64,000 bases of DNA from an uncultured virus (IMG/VR IMGVR_UViG_3300030101_002968) (lineage: Duplodnaviria > Heunggongvirae > Uroviricota > Caudoviricetes), in IMG/VR virus record IMGVR_UViG_3300030101_002968, positions 1 through 64,000 of that record; one strand, written 5' to 3'. The notes beneath the pieces were generated by a model. That model saw nothing but the letters and a program-made list of their open reading frames with translations, was not told the DNA's origin and ran no database searches. Both the position numbers and the translations under genes were made by a program. Every line of letters begins with the position of its first letter. Position 1 is the first letter of the stretch. Below, in pieces: positions 9,046-16,900 of the stretch.

Positions 9046-10880
9046 TATCTTATTATTTTTCTTTGTACTGTGCCATCGCTAAAATTAAAAAACAATACTT
9101 TATTTTTAATTATATCAGTTTCTCTACCTAGTATATCAGTAACAGATAATAAAACTTTTTCAGCACCTCTAACTAGCATTGGCCCTGACCAAGTGCCTTC
9201 ACAATAATTATATGTTGCTTGACATATAGTGTCCCACTCATTATCACAGCAATACTCGTCAACTTCTAATACCCAAGCGTAACAAGGATCGTTTAACCAG
9301 TAAGGTATACCAGGTCCTGTAATACAGTTTGCCGCATACAAGCATGCTATAGAATCGTTAGTATTAGCCTCAAAGTTATAATTGTAAGCATTAACATCCA
9401 TACAACCTTCAACTACAGCTATGCAAGACCCGTTATTTGTATTTGCAGCTGTATCGTAGTTTAAAGCAGTAGAATCTGTACAACCAAAAACAGCTAGCGT
9501 TTGACAGCTGTCTTGTATATTAATGTCTGTATAATAACCGTTAGCAGTGTCTACGTGGTAATCCAAATAAGCTGGTGATATACAGCCAGGATAGTAATAA
9601 CAAACCATACTAGTGTTAGCGCTGTCAACATAGTTAAACGCAGTGCTGTCCATACAGCCATAAATTTTATCTTCGCAAATATTGCCACAGTAAGTATTTC
9701 CTTCATAAGTTTTAAATGGTATTATAAATGGTGGTTGCACGCTTAAAGTAGTATCACCAAATGGATTTAATAAAGTAAAGCCACACTCTAATGCTGTGTG
9801 TTGAGCTTGTTGGCTTACAAATAATTTAGCATGTACTTTTGCTGGTGCATATAAACCTAAATCAAAAGACTGGTTAAATATTTGTTGGTCCATAAAAAAC
9901 TCTAGTGTATCGGCATCTTGCCATATCTCTAGTCTTGTACCTACCCAACCGTTACCTATAAGATCGTGTAATATTAAAGTATAACCACAAGAGTCTATAT
10001 CTTCCATTGTGTTTGCTAAAGGATCGTAATTGTACATTGTACTATCAATACAACCATATATCTTTAGAGTTACACAGCTACTGTCATCTATTGTTGCCAG
10101 TGGGTTATACTCTACATAATCATCGTCCATACAACCATATACAGGTGGTGGCGGCACACACGTGTCAGCATACCATACGTGGCTTGTATCATTACCAAAG
10201 TTAGCAACTGTACCATAAACTACCGTATCACCACATTGCATAACATAGTACGATCCATCTTGTCCACCCCATAAGCTACCAGCTATACCATCACCGTAAG
10301 TATCGTATATAGTAAAAGTTAATTCACCTACAGGTAAACACTTAAATTTAAATTGTGGTTGATAATCTGGCACGTTAGGATATGTACCGCCTGAAAACAC
10401 TACGTTACCTAAACTATCTTTTATATCCCAACTAGTTTCTTCTGGATATTGATCTAAGTTTACATTAACAACAGTTGGTACGCATGGTCCTGGCGGTGGT
10501 GGAGGTGGAGGTGGTAAACAACTTGGTACTTGCCTGTTAGAATATATGCCGCTTTGGAAGTTTGGTGTTGCATAATTTATTACAGTATCACCACATATTG
10601 ACACGTAATAACTACCATTCATACCATCGCCATACGTGTCTCTCATTAAAAATGTTATATCAGTTATACTGTCGTTTATATAACAAGTGTCTGTGTATGT
10701 TGTGTTTGGTGATGTATAATAACCAGCTGGCACATTACAAATAGTGTCGCCGTATAAGCTATCAGCAAATAAAGTCCAGTATGTTTCTGTAGGATATTGA
10801 TCTGTAGTTACATGTATAACAGCTTGTTTTTGTGCTAATATACTTAGCGGTAATAATAGTAGTATTAATAACTTTTTCAT
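9045..10880 (-). CDS. Exported Cys-rich repeat protein with T9SS-like C-terminal domain
   Basis: Signal peptide ending ILA-Q; DTYGDG-type domains; poly-Pro linker; six GCxD..A.NY...A....SC-type repeats; C-terminus LLSVTDILGRE...LFFNFSDGTVQRKIIR. Confidence 0.8.
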   Translation of the reverse strand: MKKLLILLLLPLSILAQKQAVIHVTTDQYPTETYWTLFADSLYGDTICNVPAGYYTSPNTTYTDTCYINDSITDITFLMRDTYGDGMNGSYYVSICGDTVINYATPNFQSGIYSNRQVPSCLPPPPPPPPGPCVPTVVNVNLDQYPEETSWDIKDSLGNVVFSGGTYPNVPDYQPQFKFKCLPVGELTFTIYDTYGDGIAGSLWGGQDGSYYVMQCGDTVVYGTVANFGNDTSHVWYADTCVPPPPVYGCMDDDYVEYNPLATIDDSSCVTLKIYGCIDSTMYNYDPLANTMEDIDSCGYTLILHDLIGNGWVGTRLEIWQDADTLEFFMDQQIFNQSFDLGLYAPAKVHAKLFVSQQAQHTALECGFTLLNPFGDTTLSVQPPFIIPFKTYEGNTYCGNICEDKIYGCMDSTAFNYVDSANTSMVCYYYPGCISPAYLDYHVDTANGYYTDINIQDSCQTLAVFGCTDSTALNYDTAANTNNGSCIAVVEGCMDVNAYNYNFEANTNDSIACLYAANCITGPGIPYWLNDPCYAWVLEVDEYCCDNEWDTICQATYNYCEGTWSGPMLVRGAEKVLLSVTDILGRETDIIKNKVLFFNFSDGTVQRKIIR

Positions 10881-10966
10881 TATTTACAACATTTAGTTTC
10901 ACATATATTTAAACATAACTTGCCAAACGTTAATTTGCAAATTAATTTACATAATTTTTCTTTCAT
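10880..10966 (-). CDS. 28-aa Cys/Lys-rich peptide (MKEKLCKLICKLTFGKLCLNICETKCCK)
   Basis: Exactly fills the gap; its stop overlaps the next ATG and its start abuts the upstream stop. Confidence 0.6.
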   Translation of the reverse strand: MKEKLCKLICKLTFGKLCLNICETKCCK

Positions 10967-11080
10967 TTATTTGCCTCTTTTTCTTTGTTTAATTTTTTTA
11001 AAATCTGCTCCAGTTATTTTATTAAAAGGAGGAGCCATTCTAGCTATCTTTTTTTGCTTTGCAGATAATTTTTTAGCCAT
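10967..11080 (-). CDS. 37-aa basic peptide (MAKKLSAKQKKIARMAPPFNKITGADFKK...)
   Basis: Coupled ORF in a tiled chain. Confidence 0.7.
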   Translation of the reverse strand: MAKKLSAKQKKIARMAPPFNKITGADFKKIKQRKRGK

Positions 11081-11196
11081 TATTTCTTCTTTTTACGTTT
11101 AACTTTTCTTTTCTTTTTACGATTAGGATTACCCTTGCCGCCATCTTTTTTACTTGCCCAAACTGCTTTACGTTGAGCTGCACTTACATATCCCAT
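11080..11196 (-). CDS. 38-aa basic peptide (MGYVSAAQRKAVWASKKDGG...)
   Basis: TAATG coupling to the next ORF; Lys/Arg tail. Confidence 0.7.
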   Translation of the reverse strand: MGYVSAAQRKAVWASKKDGGKGNPNRKKKRKVKRKKKK

Positions 11197-11198
11197 AG

Positions 11199-11327
11199 TT
11201 ATTTTTTTCTAGGTACACAATTAGGTACTTTTCTGCCTCCTTTTTTCTTCATTCCAACCATCATATATCCTTTCCAGCAAGGTCCTTTTTTACCTGACTT
11301 GTTTCCGCGTTTTAATTTATAAGCCAT
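11199..11327 (-). CDS. 42-aa basic peptide with PCWKGY...VPNCVP motif
   Basis: ORF in a tiled chain; the motif is familiar from marine phage hypothetical proteins. Confidence 0.7.
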   Translation of the reverse strand: MAYKLKRGNKSGKKGPCWKGYMMVGMKKKGGRKVPNCVPRKK

Positions 11328-11345
11328 TTTTTTTATTTTTATTAG

Positions 11346-11618
11346 TTAACATTTCCATCTACGTCTAGCAGCTCTACCTCTTTCGCCTGTCCAACCTTTT
11401 GATCTTGCACAAAATGATTTTCTACGTTTAGCGGCTTTACTACCAGGTTTTACTTTACCTGTTACAGCTGTTTTCAATTTACTGCCAGGGTTTTTCTTTC
11501 TATACGCAGCAACACCACGTTTAGTCATACCAGCACCTTCTTTAGTTGTTCTAAAGTTTCTATTTTTACCTTTAGTAGTTTTTCGTACGTCTGGTTTTCT
11601 TTTTCTTTTAGCAGGCAT
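11346..11618 (-). CDS. Highly basic 90-aa phage protein (RRKSFCARS...RRRWKC)
   Basis: ORF track; Lys/Arg-rich; motif familiar from marine phage hypothetical proteins. Confidence 0.8.
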   Translation of the reverse strand: MPAKRKRKPDVRKTTKGKNRNFRTTKEGAGMTKRGVAAYRKKNPGSKLKTAVTGKVKPGSKAAKRRKSFCARSKGWTGERGRAARRRWKC

Positions 11619-11737
11619 TATTTTCTTTTTTGTAAAAAAGCTCTTCTTCTACCGCAACTAGTTACAGGATTAGGGTTATTTTTTTGCACATAACCTCTTG
11701 TTACTTTAAACCTTTTTTGTCTATTAGTTCCAGTCAT
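11618..11737 (-). CDS. 39-aa basic peptide (MTGTNRQKRFKVTRG...)
   Basis: Fills the gap exactly, with TAATG coupling. Confidence 0.6.
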   Translation of the reverse strand: MTGTNRQKRFKVTRGYVQKNNPNPVTSCGRRRAFLQKRK

Positions 11738-11738
11738 T

Positions 11739-12062
11739 TTAAAAATCGCTCATTAATTGATTGTCTATCTCTTCTTGTATTTCTTTACGTGTTGCTACCA
11801 TTTTAAAACTAAGATCAGCTTGAAACCTAGCAACTTCTTCTCCATCTTTAAATATAATTATAGTAGGTATAACTGCAATTTTATGTTTTTTAGCTAAATC
11901 AGCATTTTTAGCTATATCTACATACGATATAGTTTTACAGTCTTCTAATTCCATTACCCATGGAACGTGATTAGTTTTGTTCCACTCAGCATTAAACTGA
12001 GATACTTGTATTTGGCTAAATGCCATATTACAAAACAACATTAATATTAAAATATATTTCAT
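11739..12062 (-). CDS. Exported thioredoxin-fold protein lacking CxxC
   Basis: Signal peptide ending AFS-Q; FNAEWN in place of F.A.WCxxC; VD and IPTIIIFKDGEEVARF. Confidence 0.8.
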   Translation of the reverse strand: MKYILILMLFCNMAFSQIQVSQFNAEWNKTNHVPWVMELEDCKTISYVDIAKNADLAKKHKIAVIPTIIIFKDGEEVARFQADLSFKMVATRKEIQEEIDNQLMSDF

Positions 12063-12337
12063 CTGTCGTATAGTTTGTCTTCTATTTTTTCTAACGTTTT
12101 CTTTATTTCTTCAACGTCTTTCTGCGTGTCCATAATAGTGTTACGTATCATTTGATCTTTCATATCAAACTCCATACGCGTAACCTCAGGTTTAACAACA
12201 GGTAATTCTTTTGCTTCTGCAATATCTGCCTGTAATGTAAACCACATACCTATTAACGCTGATAATCCAACGCCTATCGCTATTAATGTTTTTATGCTTA
12301 TTTTAAAGCTAGTATCTTCATTTAATTGTTTAGCCAT
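12059..12337 (-). CDS. Single-TM protein with C-terminal coiled coil
   Basis: Hydrophobic segment at aa ~14-34; heptads TQKDVEEIKKTLEKIEDKL. Confidence 0.75.
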   Translation of the reverse strand: MAKQLNEDTSFKISIKTLIAIGVGLSALIGMWFTLQADIAEAKELPVVKPEVTRMEFDMKDQMIRNTIMDTQKDVEEIKKTLEKIEDKLYDR

Positions 12338-12356
12338 TTTACTATATAGTTATATA

Positions 12357-13439
12357 TTAAAAGATTACGTAATTTACGCCAAATTTAAAGTCATACCACT
12401 CTCTATTCCAATACTTATTATATTTAGCCTCAACAAAATAACCTAAATTTTTGTTTTGTTTAATACCATATATAAAACCACCACTGTAATCATACCACTG
12501 ATCACCATCGTTAAAGTTGTGATATGAAAACTCGTTACCACTGTCATAATGATATGGCATTAAATTACCCCAAGCGTGTAGCCAAGTTTTTTTAGTATAC
12601 TTGTAATAATCAAAGCCAATTACTATAGAGTGTTGCATTATTCTTTCAAGCTCATTTTGTTTTCTTTCAACATAGTCAGATAAAACTTGTGGTATTACCA
12701 CAGCTTCCCAAACCTCAGCGTTTGTAGCAACAACTTCACCTTGTGGATTTGTATATACAGAGTTGGCTACATCTACATTGTAACCTTCTTGTAAAGCTAA
12801 ATAAGTATAATGTATATTACCGTTATCTAACATCCACTCTGCTAACGGATCATAACCATAAGGCTCAGCTAGTCTGTGTGCTAAGCCTATATTCCAAGAT
12901 AAGTTTTTAGCTTTTCTATATCTATATCTTTCAGATGCTTCAAAGTATTTTACATCAGCAAAACCATCTTCTAAATATTCTAGCTTTAAAGCAAAGAAAT
13001 TTATACAAACCTCGTCAGCACATCCGTCATCAGAACTCCATCTTAAAAAATGATGTTGATCCATATAGTCTATACCCTCTTGTCTTTTGTAATCTACTTC
13101 AAATAAATATTCTAAACCTCTTACTTTACCTACAGTGGCAGCATCGCTATAATTAGACTCTGTACCATCGTAAAAAGTTTGCGCTTTGTTTTCATAACCA
13201 AACCTAGCTATTTTACGAAGACCAACTGTAAAGTTGTAATCATATGGAGTTGATATTGTGCTTGTTGACAAACCATTGTCTACAGAAAACACATTAACGT
13301 CTGACAGCGAAGTACCACCGTTAACGGCTGCGTAAAACGTAGAAAACTTTAATAGTGATTGTAAATCTTGACTACAACATTTTTTAGGTGCAGCGCAAGA
13401 AACTAATGTTATTAATAATAGTATAATTAGTTTTTTCAT
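12357..13439 (-). CDS. Putative outer-membrane beta-barrel protein
   Basis: Signal or lipoprotein-like N-terminus (LVSC...CCSQ); aromatic alternating strands; terminal FGVNYVIF. Confidence 0.7.
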   Translation of the reverse strand: MKKLIILLLITLVSCAAPKKCCSQDLQSLLKFSTFYAAVNGGTSLSDVNVFSVDNGLSTSTISTPYDYNFTVGLRKIARFGYENKAQTFYDGTESNYSDAATVGKVRGLEYLFEVDYKRQEGIDYMDQHHFLRWSSDDGCADEVCINFFALKLEYLEDGFADVKYFEASERYRYRKAKNLSWNIGLAHRLAEPYGYDPLAEWMLDNGNIHYTYLALQEGYNVDVANSVYTNPQGEVVATNAEVWEAVVIPQVLSDYVERKQNELERIMQHSIVIGFDYYKYTKKTWLHAWGNLMPYHYDSGNEFSYHNFNDGDQWYDYSGGFIYGIKQNKNLGYFVEAKYNKYWNREWYDFKFGVNYVIF

Positions 13440-13984
13440 TCTTTTATTTTAATTGTTATTTCATGTGGTGCGTATTCATTACCACCAAAGTATGGGTACA
13501 AATAATATCTTCTTACTAAACCCCAATAACCTTCTGGCCTACGTCTAACCTCTGTAGTGTCACCATTTATAACTATGATATAGTAAAACGTAGTTATATC
13601 TATTGAAGCGTTGTATATTTCGTTTGGCTCTATAGTTCTTATTGTAGCAGAGCTATGTCTACCTTCTTCATGTCTTAACCAGCACAACTCAATTTCTCCA
13701 TCTATATATCTCCAACCAAGCCTTATAGAGTATTTTTGATGAAGCTTACCAAAGTCACTCATGCCGTAGATTTTGTTAACGTCGCTTTGGTTTTCAGGCA
13801 CTTCAGTATAGTATATTGCTGATTCGTCAAGAATAAAGTCAAATGTAATTCTTGAGTTGTCTGGGTGGTTTATAAAAGTACCAGAGCTATGTTTGCCTTC
13901 TGGTATAATATATGTTCTAAAACCTAAATCGTCAGTTTCTTTAGCACATGCTATACACAACAACAGTAACAAAAGCCATCTCAT
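13436..13984 (-). CDS. Putative lipoprotein with beta-sandwich (lectin/lyase-like) domain
   Basis: Start re-assigned to ATG 13984 (MRWLLLLLLCIAC, lipobox-like), coupled to the giant gene's stop; C-terminal LYPYFGG. Confidence 0.65.
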   Translation of the reverse strand: MRWLLLLLLCIACAKETDDLGFRTYIIPEGKHSSGTFINHPDNSRITFDFILDESAIYYTEVPENQSDVNKIYGMSDFGKLHQKYSIRLGWRYIDGEIELCWLRHEEGRHSSATIRTIEPNEIYNASIDITTFYYIIVINGDTTEVRRRPEGYWGLVRRYYLYPYFGGNEYAPHEITIKIKE

Positions 13985-16900
13985 TACTTCATTTTTCCTG
14001 CGCCAACTCTTAATTTTCTTTTTGACTTGCCAGTTTTTAGTGATGTTCTTTTTTCTATTCCTAAGTTCCAAGTTGTCCAACCCATCATTAACGCTAGTCT
14101 TTGCCAAGCAGCTAAATCTTCACCAAAAGCCTCAGACATATTTGTTACTTTTTGGTGCATTCTAGCTAAAGGTATGTTTGTTAAACCTTGAACTGTTGAA
14201 AAGCTTGCTTCCCAAACAGGGTTTTTTAAGTTATAATAAGGTACTTCGTCTATTAAATCTTTGTTCCAACGTATAGTTCTTTCGGCATTTCTTATTTGTC
14301 TTAGCTTAATACCTAAAGGTGGAGATAAGTTTATCATTTCCATAATTACAGCTGATTCGTCTTTATTAAACGTTTTCTGTTGCTCTTTGTAAAAAGTTCT
14401 AGCCATGTTTTTAAGAGTAGAAACTATAGCTCCTTGTATACCCATACCTCTTAACACAGAGTCAACACTGCCGTTTAATACTCTTTCTCTTTTCTTGTCA
14501 AAAAACTCTTCATCATCTTCGTCATCGCCAAACAACATTGCAAACAAAGCTGTTTGTAAACTATAGAATATTATATTTTGAACAGCGCCGTAATAAACAA
14601 TACGCGATATGTTTGCTTTTGCATCACCTCTACCATTTATAAGATCTAATGTTGCTTTTTTCATTAACCTAGTATACTGCATAGGTGTATTTTGAAAAGC
14701 TAATATTATTCTACCAAGAACAGACGCTTGTTGTTGTGAAATCATATCAGGTCTAGCTGACTGCTGAGTTTCTTCTGCTATAACCCTAAAATCTGCAAAA
14801 GCTTTTCTTTTTGCCTCAGTCACGTTCATACCTTCTTTTAAATACTTGTTAAGTCTATTTCTATAAAAACTAGCACCACCAGCAGCAATAGCAAAACTAT
14901 CAGCTATTTGCGTAGGTAAATAACCTTTTGTTAACAAGAAGTTTAGTGCTGCTTTAAATTTGTTAGTAGAGTTAGCGACATAATCTGTAAGCTCACTAGC
15001 GTTAACATCTAGGCCTAAACCAGCTCTTCTTTGCTTTAGCATATCAGAGTTAAATATCATCATAAAGTCTGACCAAAATTGTTTTTGATTTGCAAATGCT
15101 CTTGCTGCAGCTATAATATTATTATCTTCAAAGTTTATAAAGTTAACCATTGATAAAGTCTGTAACGCAGCTGACCTAACGTTAACAAACATTGTAGTAC
15201 CAATAGCACCGTTAATCCAGTTCATAAACTTGTTAACTAAAGCGTTTTGACCAAACGATCTGTTAGTACCGTTTTCTATTCTATAAAGCATATCTTCTAA
15301 TGCTTCTCTAAAATTACGACCATATATAGCTTCAATTTTGTTCATGTTTTCTTTTGAAAATATAATATCTACGTTTTCTAAAAACTCTGTAAAAAATTGT
15401 TTTCTATTTACTCTTGATGTAGCATTTATCAAGTCTGTTCTAATATCTTCTGTCAACCACTCATCTGTAGGTTCTATGTAACCATTTTCTTGTCTAGACA
15501 ATATACCTAACGTGTCTGCAAAAGCTTTTAGTTTTGCGTCATTTTCAACAAATTCAGATAACATTTTTTGATCAGCATCTGATAAACCTGGAATATTAAA
15601 ACCAGCCTTATTCCATAAATAAACTCTTATAGCATCGTTATAAGTGTAGTCACCGCTTGGTATTTTTTTGTATAACAATTTTTTAACATCTGGCATTTTT
15701 GCTTTTAAATTATCAAAGTCTGTTGCTATTGCTTGCTTAGCGGAGTTTAAAGCTTCATAACCTCTGTTTAAAGGTTCTATTAAAGCTTTCTTTAAAAATG
15801 CAAAATGTTTTTCACCTTGTTTTCCTTTGCCTAAAAACTGATATAACAAACCAACAAAGTCTTCTGCTGATGGCGGTACAAATAATTTAAATTTGTTTTT
15901 ATCTTCACCACGTCTTCTTGCTTTAGCTGTACTAAACCTTTTATCAGCGTCTATACCAGAAACATCTTCCATCATTTGATTAAAATCTCTGTCGTAACTT
16001 ATGCTTTGACTTGCTTTTACAATTTGCACGTCTGACTTTATATCTAACTGATCTAATACATTTTTAACAGCTTTAACATTAGGTAAAGCATCATCTACAA
16101 AATACATATCGTTATAACCTTCGGCAAACTTGTTTAACATCCAAACAGCTTTTGCCTCACCAGTACTGTTACCAAGACCTGTTATATTTTTTATTGGCAA
16201 GTTTATACCTTCACTTTTTAAATAAGCATGTATTGCAGCTTCACTTTCAGGCGCTCTAGCTGTTAATATAAATACATTTTTAGGTCCAAACTTTTTAATT
16301 TGGTTTTTAAGTTTTTGCATTAATGGTCCTGGCTTACCGTCTGTAACTCTATTAAAATCAGTAAAGTCCATTTTCCAACCTTCTTTCATAAGCTGATCAC
16401 CTACAAAAGGCCATTCGTTAGAAGCTATACGTTTTGTTTCACCATCTTTAGTAGCTATAATAACGTTGTCACTAATAGCAACTGTTTCGTCAAAGTCAAA
16501 CGTGCTCATACCTCTAGACTTTCTGTTGTACTTAACAGAGTTTGCAGCCACAGTTAGTTTGCTAATTTTTCTGTCTTGTTCTATTTCAGCAACTGTTTTA
16601 GGTAACAACTCACCAGCTATTTCGTGACCTAGCCCAAAAACTAAACCTTCACGCTTAGCTAAAATATCTGCTATAAGCCTTATAGCTTTAACATTTATAT
16701 CGCCCTTGTTCATAAGGTTAAACATTCTAACCATAGAACCATATTCTGTACCAGACTCATACTCTTTACCCATTAAGTTTTTAACACCAGTTTTATCTAA
16801 AGTTTTATCTGCTAGCTTAGTTATTATAGCAACATTATAATCTGTAAGTTCTTTTTGTATAAGATCGTTCCAAGTTTCAGGGTCTATTTTTTCATCTGTA

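Noticed and set aside
13436..14107. ORF-track start at 14107
   Set aside because: It would overlap the giant gene by ~120 nt; ATG 13984 gives TAATG coupling and a clean signal peptide.
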